Notes: generated by a model not told the origin, from the letters alone. Positions 13,296-29,060 are shown, counted from the first letter of the stretch. The stretch is 64,000 nucleotides of DNA from Octopus bimaculoides (GCF_001194135.2 NC_068981.1:75359112-75423111); one strand, 5' to 3'. Numbers and translations: made by a program.

Positions 13296-16200
13296 ATTAA
13301 GCATTTTCAGAAACGAGAGGCTTTTATCATTACTTACAAACAACAAATTCAAAATAAAACATACAATATCTCCATATAAAAACATTCATTTTGAAGCATC
13401 TGCAAAAAACAACTTCGTGACATCATTCCGTCATTAATATAGGAGATTTGGTTCATGAGAATCTTCCAAATATATTCAATGAAAAGAACAAATTCTTCAA
13501 TATCTATGCATCTTTTCGCAAATAATCAATAAACTACCCGCTACTTCCCCAACTTAGTGAAATTATGAACCCCATTCGTCTTTTAATTGCAGTGTGGATT
13601 ATAGTGCTTGATATATTAATAATTCAGACAGCAAATTGCTTAAACCATTATGGTGAGTAACATGTATTTAGCCTAAGGCAACAATTTACTGTCTAATCAT
13701 TAAACTTACAAAATATCAAGTTTGTTGTTTTAAATGTTGGACTAAATTAAGAAAATCATTTTTCTTCTTATGTTTTGTTCATATACTACGACTGAGATAG
13801 TTATTCAAAACTTCTACGTATGCGCACGCGGAGACATTTACTTTAATATGGAACCACGATGGGAAGCTGACAAATTTGGCACATAACAATGCACAATTTC
13901 ATATTAGCCAACTTGAAGGAAATCATTTCATACAATAATATATGCTGATCATTGTGAGAAAAGCATAAGATCTAATACCAATATCATATGCATGCGTGCC
14001 AATTTATTTGAATTTTCCTGAAATGCCAACTACAATATATTTTTAACTTCTTGAAATATGTATATGGTACACATTTGAAACCTGCTGAATGTTGTTTCTC
14101 TTCAGAAACGGAAAATAATAAAAATAATATTGTCTTTTATCTGCAAAACAATGAGCCAGCTGTAAAGTATCGACATAAAGGTGGTAAGCTTTATTACATC
14201 TCAGGTTTTATTGCAATTTGAAGCAGTTATTGACATTATATGTCACTCGTTTAGATAAGAATCATATTTTCAATTTACTTTCTCCGTATTTCTATCTTTT
14301 ATGTGGCATGAAATATCACATACTGTGCTTAGAATGCATTTGTCTGGAATCAATGTCCAGTGCAAGTCTTGGAAACACGAGTAATTTTTAAAGAGCACAT
14401 TTATCATTCTAGATCATAGCAGTTATTTTGTAAATATCTTTTCTCCAGAACCTTTCTTCTTGCATATATTTATAAAATTGACAATTGTATTTAGTTTTTG
14501 TCCAAGGTTATATATCTAGACAATGCTTACATCATTTTGTGTAACATACAAAAACGTTTCAGCCTAAAACGTTTCGCATATCCTTCTATGATATTCAACA
14601 AACAGATTCATTTGCCAATGGTTGAATTTTTTAATTGTCCAAATAGTCTGTTATATTTTGAAGTTGTGTCTGACATCGGGTTGCTGCATTTACCTACATA
14701 ATATCAGTTTACAACACACACAGTGTTGCACGAACACCAGAAATGTTGTGGTTCAATCTTCAGCATCTGGTTGTAAAAGTTGACCAGTGAACAATTGTAT
14801 GGCAATGTCTCGCTAATTGACTAATTACATAGGAGGAAGTAGACGGCAAATTTCTGGACATTGATTATAGCACAGCGATTTGTGTTAGACAAATCATAAC
14901 CCAACAACCGACTCATGGGAGTTTCAACAGTCGATGTCCCTTTAAAGCAATAATATTTATGGAGGACACTGTTGCCGCTGATGAAATTAGAACACAGAGT
15001 ACTCCGATGTTGAAACAAGATGTGTGGCACAACTGTCATCGGAGCTAATAAAGAGGTAGTTGCAGTGGGTAGATGATGATGATGATTCTTGTGTGTATGT
15101 GAAGATTAAATAGCGATGCGACTTAAAGATATATATTGAATAGATTTTAATTTAGTGATTTTTTTCGCAGTTGCCATCAGTAGATTTCTTGATAACGAAA
15201 TAATGAAATATATTTGCTCTATAGCGAATTAAATTAGCACAGTGTTTATGCTTCATGTTGCCTCACAGTTCTGAATATGAAAATTATCTTTGAAATCATA
15301 TAATTGCAATCATATTTAAAATTTGTCTTTCATCTTATTATAGTCAATACAAGAATATAGTAACTCTTTCATTGGCGTCCAGAAGAAGCATTGCCTCTAG
15401 CGAAGTAGTTACCTTATAAAATCTGGTATGTGAAGTCCTATGCTAATAAATGCGAATTTCTGTGCGTGTATGCGCATAATTTCCAGGTTAATGGATAAGT
15501 GAAACAATTTCACCCAAAGCAGGAATATAGACCCTTTCAATCTAAATCTGTAAACATACATATTAGAAATGTGTTACATATCGATACCAAGACAGAAATA
15601 TGGCAAAATAAGGTGGGAAATTAGGATAAAATGATATATAGAAAACAAAATAAAAAAAACAAATTAGCGGAAACCTGTGGATTTCTAGAGAAAAATGAAG
15701 AATGATCCAGTAATATGTTAACTTTTTTTCATTTAGTGAAATTTAAGTATCGACAAATTTTTAAAAAGCAGCGGTACCAAAATTCCAGAAAATCGGGGAA
15801 AATTTCGAATCGACAAATTGTCAGATAATAAATAACTTTATACAAATAAAAACAATTATTGTTATCTCGTATCTTATTTTTATAGGTTATTCAATCTCAT
15901 AATCGTACATTAGGCTAATGGCCCAACATAAGTCAGCAACTTTTGGAAATACATAAAGACAAAGACTACTTGCATCTTCCGCGAAAAGGGTGGAGCAGTA
16001 TTTAATCCAGAAAAACGAACATGGGCGGTCAAAAGCTGGAATACGAAGATAATGTATGGCACCAAGAGAAGGGAGGTAGTGTTATAATATTCTAAGAGGA
16101 GAGGGTTAGAATTTAAGTTTAATAATTACTGATGCGATACGAGAGTGTAGCGATTAAGCGATAATTGAAATTTTCATGAAATATGTTTGTTAACCAATGT

Positions 16201-16376
16201 CTCTCGATTCATTACAATAGATAATACCAATAATTGTTGGGGGTGAGTTTTACCAGATTCGGCTACGTCCCTGGTCTTTAGGTTTTGTGATTTTGTGATT
16301 GCTTTTATTCAATCTAGATCTATGTTGCATTGTTTATTCCGAAGAAAATCCAAGTTTTTATACGATTTTAGCAATG

Positions 16377-16416
<40 letters not shown>

Positions 16417-17478
16417 GATCTTAAAAAGACTGCCTGCTGGCCGTGCTAAGTGATATTATGTCCAATGAGAGATAAACTTACTTTTTCAGTTTCTCCGACA
16501 TGAAACTATGCATATTTTTATTGAATTTTCACTGTAGCTATGGGGAAGATTCTCAATAGTGATATGAATTAATATCTCGGAGATTCACTTGTTAGGATGT
16601 GACATACAGGTGGGGATACATAACGCGTTGTTCCTCCGTCGCGCTGTGAAAAGAATTAATGTTGCTTTGCCTGAAGTCATCGATATGGAGAAGAAATTTC
16701 AAATTTTCTGAGTTACAAATTATACGGAATGATGTGGATAGCTTGATGCAGTTAAAACACGTGGTAAGCTCAGAAAATGAAATTAATAGGAAGTGTGTTT
16801 GGTTCACAGTTTCAAAGTACTGTTAAATATACTATGAACTATAGTTTTCCGAGGAAAACAAGTATTTGCTTATGATAGAATCTAAATTCTTTCTTAGCTA
16901 ATTAGTATGTATGTAGGAAAGTTATACAATATGTTCTTTATATTATTATTATAATGCTATTAATGTAATTTTAGAATATTTAAGGAAACCATCGTTAAAA
17001 CGGCCGGATGAGTATAATTTCGAAGTGTATAGTCTTTCGAGTAGGATCTTGAAATCTGCGATGTCAGACAGCAAACGAAATTTTATTAAGAATAGAAAAT
17101 AATGTTCAAATGCAGATTATCGTTTTAAAGGACATATTCCCAATCACTAAAACTTGTACCATTCCATCGCATTGAGTAGAAATACAACACGGAATAAAAT
17201 AACGAAAGTTTAACGATGAAGCCTTAATTCAAAGAAGCAGATGTAAGATGATCAGTGTAAAAATGGGACAAATACGGGAATCTTTTCTTCTCTATGTTCA
17301 TAAAGGATGAAAGCAAACAAAAACAAAATCAAATACAGATAAAAATACATATTGGAAATGTCAATTAATTTCTCAGTTTTAAAAGAGACGGTATAATTTA
17401 TGAGTGTTACCTGTTATATGTTTTCAGTTATTAAGTTCAATAGAAAGAAAATTAGAGCCATCTGCTTGTCTGTCGATA

Positions 17479-18750
<1,272 letters not shown>

Positions 18751-18944
18751 TGTATGTGCGTATATATATGTATGGTAGGAAAATGTATACAATTTTTTCT
18801 ACCAGCAGCCTAGTATGTATACAAAGTCAATAGACATATTTTTCATTTATAATTAGTGTATATTTATACACAAAGCGGCAAGCCTTTAACAGATTGTCTA
18901 ACATACTAGAAAGAACAGTCAAAGAGTCCAAACCACAGTTAAGA

Positions 18945-19374
18945 GCAATTCCGAAGAGAATGAAAAATAAAGACATTTACCATAGTTTACAATCGGTCCT
19001 CAGGTTTCGAACTTTAACTAGCAAATAAAATAATTTGTAAGGCGAAGTTCTCATCAGCGGATACGCCAAAACATTAATATATAAATTAGAGACCAAATAA
19101 CACCTGTCTCATCCTTATTTATTATAATTTTTTCAAATTCACCGCGCAACCGGAGTTTCAATCGGCAGCAAATAAAAATTCCGATTAAAACTTCAGAAAA
19201 ATTGCTAAAATCATTTCTTAAATTTATATAGTGTAGGAAAAAATTATAGACGTTTTTTCCACTAGTAGCCTAGTATGTATACAAATTATTTTGTTTGTTA
19301 ATTAAAGTTCGAAACCCGAGGTCCGGCTGTAAAACATGGTAAATGTTTTTATTTTTCATTCCCTTCGAAATTGC
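18945..19374. mobile_element. Foldback/MITE-like element with ~95-bp inverted repeats (18945-19039 / 19280-19374), running into a gap
   Basis: GCAATTCCGAAGAGAATGAAAAATAAAGACATTTACCAT...GGTTTCGAACTTTAA...AAAATAATTTGTA versus its reverse complement at 19280-19374. Confidence 0.75.
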
Positions 19375-21545
19375 NNNNNNNNNNNNNNNNNNNNNNNNNN
19401 NNNNNNNNNNNNNNNNNNNNNNNNNNNNNNNNNNNNNNNNNNNNNNNNNNNNNNNNNNNNNNNNNNNNNNNNNNNNNNNNNNNNNNNNNNNNNNNNNNNN
19501 NNNNNNNNNNNNNNNNNNNNNNNNNNNNNNNNNNNNNNNNNNNNNNNNNNNNNNNNNNNNNNNNNNNNNNNNNNNNNNNNNNNNNNNNNNNNNNNNNNNN
19601 NNNNNNNNNNNNNNNNNNNNNNNNNNNNNNNNNNNNNNNNNNNNNNNNNNNNNNNNNNNNNNNNNNNNNATATATATACGTATGCATACATATATGTATG
19701 CATAAATTTCATTGACAGGTACCTAATGGTTTAAAATATGACAATAACAAATTACATAAGTCGTTATACTATATTTTAAAGTTCTCCAGTGTAGAGATCT
19801 CATGGAAACGTTTTATTTATTTATGAATTCAAATTGATTTGCAAAATTTCCGAGGGCAAAAATAAAAAAAAGACTAATAATTGCTTCAAATGGAACAAAA
19901 AAATCTTTTATCATTATCATAATATTTTTCTATAAACAAAGCTTTCATTTAATGTTATGCTCGAGGGTTATTAAACGTAGGTTGTGAGTGGTTGTATTTC
20001 TTTCATTAGTTCAGTCTAGATGTATGCATTATACCCATGGTCATAACAGCTCTCTAGTAGGTGACGTCGATGCAATTAATGTTCTTCTTAGTGGTTAGTA
20101 CAAGGTGTTTTGAAGTGTACATAATATATTGTATGCAAGAAAAAGAGATGATTGAGTCGGAAATTACTAAATGAAGACTACCTGGAGGAAGTCGGCTATA
20201 ATTTGCAGGATTCTCTGCAGTAAAGAGATAAAAAGCAGAGTGACATGACAGTATAAATATCTGGCAGGGATTGCTGTGTATTTGTGAACAACGTCAAAAT
20301 AAAAAAAGAAAATAATTAGGAGATATTACTTCCCACTCAGCGAAAATTATCTTATATTGTAGCACCACAACCCTCTCAGAAGTACATCATAGTAGGTCTC
20401 TTAATTCAGTTTAATGTATTACTTTCCTACTGTTATTCGTAAGGCATTTATAAAATCTGAGAGTGAAAACTGGATACTATATGACAATCTTTGATATTTT
20501 GTAATAAATATATCTCTACCAATGCCATTTCTAGAGAGGTTTTAAACATAACAGGCAAACCTCCGGAAAATGACACAAAACATTGAGAGGCACATTCAGT
20601 AATGTAGTCGTGGATACATTATACCTTACAAAAATGGTAGGTGGAATGATATCGTCTGCAGCGCTAACAGTGCAGACAAGAGCAATAAGGATAAATAAAA
20701 CACGATAAGTGACAATAAAAATATTTGAATGGAAAGCAAGTTTCACTCTCCCAGTGTATGCCTTGTTGTCTCGGTCATTACTGATGTAACTTAACATATT
20801 TGTTTGGTTGTATTTGCCTTCTAGGAAGTCGCCTACGTTAGTGGTGCAAATGACGATGAGATAAAAATAAAAGGTGAATTCAGTTTTGCACTTTTAATGA
20901 TAGGATTTCAATAAATCTCAACAGACTGAGAAGTTAGCATTTAAAAATGCAACAGTTTCAATACGCGTTTTAGTAAAATAACTCAGTATTTTGCTACATA
21001 TGTATTTATGATTTTTAGTTGAAACAAAATCTGGAAATAACAGAAAATAGAACAGAAGAATAAAAATAGAACACCCAGTGTTATGAAACGCAACAGAATT
21101 TAAAAAAATTCCGGGAAAGCATAAAAAGCATATAAATTTGTTAAACAATTGTTATAGCTGTAGTTCAAATATGAAATATGGAAGGGTACAATGAAAAGGA
21201 AGAGGTGATCAGAAATATTACATTAAATTTGAATATCTTGAATTTATAAGAATAACATATGAAAACGGGAGGCATAGAACTGAAACGATATCAACAGATG
21301 AAAAATAATATATTATACAACAAGAGATATGAACTTGTGAATTTTATAGAAAAAAATTCCGTGTAGTATCAAAAGTGTTTTATTGGAATGTATATTATGT
21401 ATACATATATGCACGCATAAACTTACATTGAGATACACAAATGATAACTCACACGCAGATATACATGGTCTGTGTGTGTGGGGGGGGGGGGGGNNNNNNN
21501 NNNGTGAAAAATACGTACCTGCTTACATACATACATACACACACA

Positions 21546-21584
<39 letters not shown>

Positions 21585-21780
21585 TAGAGAGTTTGAGGGA
21601 AGGAAGAACGAAAGAAATAAGTGAACATAGTAAGGCATGAATATAATAATATGAATAAATAGGCAAAGAGTTCTAACACATATCAGTAGACATAAATCGT
21701 ATGCCTGCATACTATCAGTGTCTGCATTCCTTTGTGTTTAGGTAAATTTATGCATTAAAAGGTATATTACTTATACTAAC

Positions 21781-22370
21781 GCATGTACATATATGAATAA
21801 ATATGTTATATTTAGATGCGCACACTAAAAAAAACACACCCACACATATTTACATATTTACATATGTAAGTATACACGTATGTATAATATATGTATACAT
21901 GCATATATGTATGTATACATTATGCATGTATGCACTCATATATGTATTATGTATGTATGTTTGTATGCATATATGTAATCATATATATACATACATATAT
22001 CTATAAACGATGCTAAGAAATAGTTAGAGAGCTAGATAGATATGAGGTAGATAATCTGCTTCATGTAATATCAAATTTTAGTATATTAAACTGCTATGAA
22101 ACGCTAAATATTAAAACAATTTACTAAAATGAAGCAAAAATGATCCATCGCTATTTCATCCTTGTTCTGCAACAGCAAATGTCAAATACGTTCTTCTAAA
22201 GAAAACAAAGCGAAATGCAACATGAAAATAAAAGAGAAACGATTACGAAAAATACCATTCACATTTTATCTCAGAGCATTTAACAAATTTTGATATTTTG
22301 TGCATTTGGTGATAGTATAGGAAAGCAATTTTTTCGTGTTTTGTTGCACTGAATCATTTATCATACATAC

Positions 22371-22416
<46 letters not shown>

Positions 22417-23013
22417 GTGTGTGTGTGTGTGCGCGCGCGTGCGTGTGCGTGTGCGTGCGTGTGTGTGAATGTTTGTGTGTGTGTATGTTTATATATATAT
22501 ATGTATACATATTTATATATACATATATATACACACATGCACATGTACATACGTATATGCATACATTATGAAATACATGCAGATGCACTCATGCGCACCA
22601 ACCAATATATATACATATGTATATATACATACATATATATACATATATATATATACATATGTATATATATATATATATATGTATATATATGTATATATAT
22701 ATGTATATGTATGTATGTATATATATATACATATATATACATATATATATACATATATATACATATATATATATACATATATATACACATATGCACATGT
22801 ACATACGTATATGCACACATTATAAAATACATGCAGATGTACAGATGCGCACAAATACATATGCACTAACGCATATACACACACGCTCACATATAGTCTC
22901 ACAATAGTGTAAGTTTATAGACATAATATGACACAAATTATATATTCATACCAAGCAGATCCTTTACTGAGTTATACCTCAAAGTTTCTCTACATGCATG
23001 CAGTCATACTTAC

Positions 23014-23049
<36 letters not shown>

Positions 23050-23372
23050 TTGTGTGTTTGCTTGTGTGAGCACATGTGTGTTTATTTGTCTTTCTATTCT
23101 TTCAACACAAATTTGGGCTTGTTTTCGTCCTAAAAATTAGCGATTACCCAGCGAACAAGTACCAGGATTTTATATAGATATGTATATATATATGTACATG
23201 TGTATATGTACATACGTGTGCATATATATATATATACGTATGTGTGTGCATGTGTGTGCGTGTGTGGATGCATGTGCGTGGGTGGGTGCGTGTGCGTGTG
23301 TGGGTGCGCGTGCGTGTATGTTTGAGTGTGTGTGTTTGTATGTGTTCGTGTGTACGTATGTATATGTATGTG
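21781..23372. repeat. Cluster of TA/TG/CA-rich microsatellites and degenerate tandem repeats
   Basis: Direct reading; source of many [12 protein letters not shown] ORFs. Confidence 0.95.
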
Positions 23373-24879
23373 TAACGAACTGAATCAAATTTGAGATCCT
23401 GCGTATATTCTTTAGTTATTGGTAGTTATATATTGTATGTTTGTAAAAAATGTTTTGTTTCTCATTTTTTATTCATTTACATCCATTTGAAAAGCGACTA
23501 TCTGTCGTTCTACAAAATTTATTGTTACTCTATTCTTATAATCTCTAATTCTAACGCTTTTCTTTTCACTGAATATTTTTGACAGTGTCTTTTTTTTTAC
23601 TGTCTGTTGCAGGAAATTTATTTATAAATGTTTAATATAGTTATACAAAAAAATCCCACATTTAACTGTGAGAATATTAATAGAATTTTCTATTACAGTT
23701 CGTTGTGTCTTTTCAATATTTCGTGACTTTTAATAAAAATTCTTATAACATAAAAGAAAAACACATTTGCTTAAATCGAGATTCCGTTAGTGCACAATAC
23801 CTCTCAGACACATAATCGCTCGTTCTTTCATCAATATGTTGGGAGAGTTTCAGAAAGAAAAAAAAAACAACTTCGTTGTATTTTATTACCTTCTTTTTAT
23901 GCTGTCAGCGTAGATATCACCTTTTTGCACTTTCATATTTTTAACTCGTATTTGGTCAGTAAGCTAAATTACCAGTTGATCGAATGTTTCTCATTGTGAC
24001 TTATGGAATATATTGGAAGTATTATCTCTTCTGGCGATAGATAACAAGGTCTGTGCTTTTAAAAATAGTTATGTTTTGATTTTGCTGCCTAACAGCTGAT
24101 GTAAATATAGATACTTCTAGATCTGACTCACAGAAATATTGCAGTAACCAAAGCAGACAATCACCAAAAAAAAAAAAAAAAAAAAAAAAAAAATGCAGAA
24201 TATGTTGGTGAACCTACACAAAAAAATCTCCCGGGAAAATTAACGACACAACTTCAGAAAAGTGTTGCATAATATACAAAAGCTCGACAAGGGCAGCAAC
24301 AGTTGGCATGGGCATACTTCGTTTGTCTTAAACATTAGTAATATATATTTTGTTCACCGACAACAATATTTTACTGAATCCGCGGTGAGAATGATGGGAA
24401 TTTTCTCCGTTTTGCAAAAGTCACAGGAGCTTTCCTTGTTCCATCCAAAGAGGATTTGGAAAGAGATGTTGCTGAAACTTTAAGTAAAACATACTTCTCT
24501 AGGATAAGTGATAAATCCTTCATTCACTGTATTTTGGATGCATATGTACAAATATTTTATTGTTAATATCTGTTATTTGCTTCTTTGTCCAGCTACTCAA
24601 AGCACGCTAGAGCGGTTGGATACGTCGGTTTTTGTCAATTTGGGGCTAAATTTTGAAGAAATTCTGAATACATTTTGTTACTAAAACGATTAATTTAAAA
24701 GAAGGCCGCATGTTCGACAGCCCGTTAGCCCGTTAGCTCGGTGTCAGGAGAAATAGGATTTTACCTTCAGAATGTGTGAGAAACGCCTCTAAATATCTCC
24801 CTTTGTGTGTATTGTTGAGAAATTTTTCTCTCAGAAACTACAAATATTCAAAAGTTGTTCTACGATGAGGAGGTGGAGC

Positions 24880-24925
24880 ATGAACAAAAAGAGCGTCAAC
24901 AGCGACGAGAACAACAACAACAATG

Positions 24926-24995
<70 letters not shown>

Positions 24996-25400
24996 AACGC
25001 CAAGCACATACAACAACAAGGTTAAACTCTACCATCGCCACCGCAACAACAAGTCGTGGTGACAATAGATTTACCAATATCGACAGCAGCAGTATCACTA
25101 TTAATGAGCGATCACTATTTTCACTACCACTTCCTCCATTGCTACCAGGCTGCCATCATAGTATCTAATGACGATGGCGATGACAATGCCAACGACTGTA
25201 AAAACAATAACAACATTCATGACATAAGCAAGGAAACCAGTGAATAGCGTAAACGAAATCACTACCATCACCACATCATGCTATGACAACCAAGGGCGAT
25301 AGAACAATGCTATTTCAACTATTACTATTGCTAGCAATGCAATCACCACTACCGCTACCAAACTGACTTCAAAAAATCATGGCAACACCAGTACCACAAA
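24880..25400. repeat. (CTA)n core 24927-24991 within CAA/ACC/GAT-rich low-complexity DNA
   Basis: Direct reading. Confidence 0.85.
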
Positions 25401-26199
25401 GAGAAAATCTTTCGCAGGTGTGACTACAAATCTTATTCATGTTTCTAGAGCAAACAAGAGTACACGTCGAAAAATATTAAACAGCGAGAAAAAATAGACG
25501 TGCAAAGTACTGCATTATAAGAGCCCCTAGAAACCCTGAAAAAAACATCCTGTCAAATAATAATTTACAACGATATCTCGGTCCAAAACTGATGCATGAA
25601 TATCAGAAACTCAAGTGGTAAGTATTTGTATTCTGTTCGAATTTGGACACGGAAGAATCTTGGATAATGTCCCCGCATATGTGGGCTATGTCAGCGCAAT
25701 GGTGTCGGACAACAGGAAAATCGAGGCGACCAACATTATTCAAAAGCAATGAGACGCAATAACAGAAGCAATAATTAACCACAGTAAGTTTTTTTCCTTT
25801 GGCAGCTTCCTACTCAGAGAAACAATTCGATGCCTTCAAACAGAGTCGTAGAGTTCTGGACGGACAAACCTGTTAAATCATTTGGATTCTGACTCGATAC
25901 AGATCTCTATCTGAGTAAGAAATTGGGTCATGTTAGGAGGAAAGTGGCTAGTCTCACCTACAAATATATTGGAAAGTAAGTATCCTGAAAAGACTAACAG
26001 TGTTGGCAGATGCATATGCTACTTCCCTTATATATTACTGTCAGACACCGCAACTTTCCTCTGGTTTCACGAGAGTGAAGCGTCTGCCCTTTCGCTAATT
26101 GTGATAGGAATGCGTTTCGTTGCTCAGGAGGTCCATCTGTTAACAACATCCTATGCATAGAAGGCTTAGTACACCGTAGATGCTAATGGCCGAACATAC

Positions 26200-26990
26200 G
26201 CTGAGATTCTGACATCGACAAATGCTTCTTTACGGTGAGTATGTGTCATCCTCCTTCCCCAGCTCGTCTCCTTCACATAACTGCAAACCTGCCTCAAGTG
26301 GAAACTAAAACTGAGTGCTTAGCATCAAAGATATTATCAGGAGCTGAGAGCCTTTAACCAGCTGGTCAATGTCGTCTGTGCAACATTTAATATTCCATAG
26401 GGACTAGTGGCAGGGAAGCGTGTCAACGTTCTTGTATCCATGAGTTTGAAGTAGTCTGTCCGTTCCGGCGAACTTTCGGTGCAGGACCAATTGATATATT
26501 CTAGAAATCCCTGATGTGGTATTGTTACAGGGCTGAGTAACCATTATTGTTTCAAAACAAAATCTACAGGTCGAAAAATGTGAGTCAGTCCTGTTCAAAG
26601 CATGCGCAGCGTGACGAAATCGTACTGCATTCATTCGTTCACTGTTCGAGCATTGTTGATCAATGGACTTTTGACGAACAGCCCACACGCTTCCTTCGGC
26701 CAGTTAAGGTGGCAGTTTTCCTCTTGTGACAATGTTAAAAGTGTCTGTATGATGGTGAGAAACATCCACTTTGGCGTGTTCCTCAGTAATACGTTGAAGT
26801 CTTCTCTTGGAAACGAAGGTAATTATAGAAAGAATTGTTTTGTTCCTCAGTGAATCTTCAATATAATAGCTGCACTCTCGGGTCAAATAAACTCATCTTG
26901 TCTCATGTTTTTACAAGCCGTGAAATGGTGGGAGTAAAAGGGTGGATTTTCTTGATAGCCATCGTCCGTATTGACGAATTTTGCTTGTTG
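26200..26990 (+). mobile_element. Decayed Tx1/L1-type LINE ORF2 C-terminal remnant (zf-RVT-like Cys/His region)
   Basis: One frame, 26460-26700: PFRRTFGAGPIDIF*KSLMWYCYRAE*PLLFQNKIYR...SCSKHAQRDEIVLHSFVHCSSIVDQW. This fits the L1/Tx1 pattern W...LP...L...C..C...E(T/I)..H.F..C...W. Boundaries are approximate. Confidence 0.6.
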
Positions 26991-27143
26991 AAATTCTGAA
27001 GGTTTTCTATTTATCTATCTTTTATTATCGCATTTTCAATGACCTCTGCAAAACCCTCACTATCTCTGAATCTGTCATTTTATATATATTTAAACAAGTC
27101 TATAAATTATATATCTGTTTACTTTGAACTCTTTCAGATGAGG

Positions 27144-27162
27144 AATTATTCTTGTTGTTGCT

Positions 27163-27210
<48 letters not shown>

Positions 27211-27279
27211 CTTCTTCTTCTTCTTCTTCTTCTTCTTCTTCTTCTTCTTCTTCTTCTTCTTCTTCTTGCATTTCTTCGT

Positions 27280-27317
<38 letters not shown>

Positions 27318-27327
27318 CATCATCATT
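27144..27327. repeat. Compound microsatellite (TGT)n-(TCT)n-(TTA)n-(TCA)n
   Basis: Direct reading. Confidence 0.97.
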
Positions 27328-27330
27328 ATG

Positions 27331-27545
27331 AAGGTGGTGAGCTGGAAACATTGGTAGCACGCCAAGTGTTAGCGGCATTTCGCTCGTCTTTATGTTCTGA
27401 GTTCAAATTCCGCCGAGGTCGACTTTGTCTTTCATGCTTTCGGGTCGATAACATAAGTACCTGTTGAGCACTGGAGGTCGATGTAATCGACTAGTCCCTT
27501 TCCCCGAAATTTCAGGCCTTGTCCCTATAGTAGAAAAGATTATTA
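27331..27545 (+). mobile_element. tRNA-derived SINE, family 2, near full length
   Basis: GGTGAGCTGG head, B-box-like GAGTTCAAATTCC, central GTCGATAACATAAGTACC...GGTCGATGTAATCGACT, tail AGGCCTTGTCCCTATAGTAGAAAAGATTATT. Confidence 0.85.
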
Positions 27546-27549
27546 AGTC

Positions 27550-28581
27550 CGCCTTAGTGAAGGTGCAAGTATTGTTTCAGTCGTCTTTGTTTGTTGTGGA
27601 AGGAAGACCGCCTGTATGCTTTCTATGTGAAGTAAGGGTACACATGAAAGCTAAGTGTCCCCAGAAACAGGAAGAGGAGGAGACCGAGCAGGAATATCAG
27701 GAAGAAGAGGGTGCAACCGTAGAGGAGGAAAAACGGAAGACCAGTACACAGTGGTAAAAAGGAAGAAAAGTAATACAGACTTACCACCAAAGAGTCCTAG
27801 GAAGAAAAGAAAGGTAAGTGGAGAGGAGATGCAGAGTGAAAAACAAGAGAGTACGAGTGAGAAGAGAAACAATGAAAGGTCAACAAATGTAAGGAGGAAC
27901 GAACGCAGTGACCATCAACTAGCAAGGCGGAAAGAGTACAGAAGAGAAGGGAAAATGAAAGAGAGATGATAGCAACACAGAATGAGAGACATACAGAGAT
28001 AGAAATGCCAGCGGCAGAGGAGGGGATTGGTGAGGAGAGAAGGTTAGTGACACCAAAAAGGAAAAACCCGAGAACAATGGTGCAATACACAAAAAGTGTA
28101 GAGACAGAGAAAAGGATTGCGAAGATGAAGAACGTTATCAGAGTGAAATTAGCGGCCAAAGAGAATAATGAAGGTTTGAAAGCTGTTTTGCTAGAAAACG
28201 AAAGAGGAGATAGGTTGAAGGAATTGTTTGGTGAAAGAATAGAGTTGATAAGGATACTTATTTGTTATGACGAATTGCCGCCGGTAGTGGCCTTCGAAGA
28301 TTTAATAGAGTATATTTTATAAATAGTGACTTTGTGTTTAAAAAGAAAAAAGGAAACCAACAGATGCAAGACAATATGTTGAACTGTTAAGTAATACTTT
28401 ATTTAAAAACAGTAAATGAAACTACTTGCTTGTGGGGGCAAGTAAGTCATTCCATCCTCATTTTTTCATTATACCCATAATTTCATTCGATATGTGTTTT
28501 TATGTACCCCATTGTATTGTTTTGTCTGTTTTTGTGCTGTCCCTTCTTTATAGAGGCTTTGTGCCCAATAAAAGAAATCAA
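27550..28581 (+). mobile_element. ORF1-only retroelement copy A (5'-truncated): zinc knuckle, K/E/R-rich linker, C-terminal domain, 3' UTR
   Basis: VVEGRPPVCFLCEVRVHMKAKCP (degenerate CX2CX4HX4C); EKRIAKMKNVIRVKL...DELPPVVAFEDL stop 28322; 260-nt UTR ending AATAAAAGAAATCA. Roughly 80% identical to 29660-30614 by eye. Confidence 0.85.
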
Positions 28582-29060
28582 TGGAAGTGTCAGCAATAAC
28601 GGTTAATATGGAGGAGGCGAGAAAGAGTGAGAAACTGAGGGAAAAGGAAGGAGACACATCAAGTTAGTGCCTCCGCAAAAGACAATGAAGGAGAAGGAGG
28701 AGAGGACGGTGGTGTATCGCACGCTGGCGGTCGCCACCAATAAAATTGACAAACTGGACGAATAGGATATTGAGGAGTGTCTGGCGACAGTAGCAGCAGG
28801 GTTTATTGGCAGAGGTAGAAAGTTCGGTTCGGTGGAGGTAAGGTTTGCCACCAGGGATGGGGAGGCCTCATATGCCACCAACATCCTGAAGACGAACAAA
28901 GCTGTGGTGTTGCCCTCTACCAAGGGAAGAAGTGTGAGAGTGAAGATCCCAAGTGTGCCACCAGAAATTAGGGCCGAGTGGTTGGTTGCAGCCGTTTTGG
29001 CGGCAACCGAAGACGGCCCTGAACCGGGTCAAGTACTAGTGAGAAACAAGAAAAACTAGT
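28582..29060 (+). mobile_element. ORF1 N-terminal fragment (RRM-like) of a diverged lineage, piece B
   Basis: PPQKTMKEKEERTVVYRTL...GRGRKFGSVEVRFAT...VVLPSTKGRSVRVKIPSVPPEIRAEWLVAAVL, homologous to the 29150-29520 region of copy C. Confidence 0.75.

Noticed and set aside
13047-13385. Asp/Glu-rich ORF resembling an acidic protein tract
   Set aside because: Overlapping ORFs in four frames, no convincing splice context and no recognisable domain; best explained as a cryptic repeat.
14833-15048. Stop-free ~70-codon stretches without family similarity (also 39850-40055, 42112-42381, 35116-35200, 52300-52440)
   Set aside because: No recognisable domain and no consistent exon chain; expected by chance in 64 kb.
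16592-16807. SENLKFLLHIDDFR resembles the RGS-domain ENxxFxxxxxDF motif
   Set aside because: The rest does not follow the RGS pattern, no companion exons were found, and the better splice signals are on the opposite strand where all frames have stops. A BLASTX or RNA-seq check could revive it.
20600-20700. NGRWNDIVC resembles a C-type lectin WND motif
   Set aside because: Preceded by an in-frame stop and lacks the final conserved Cys; likely chance.
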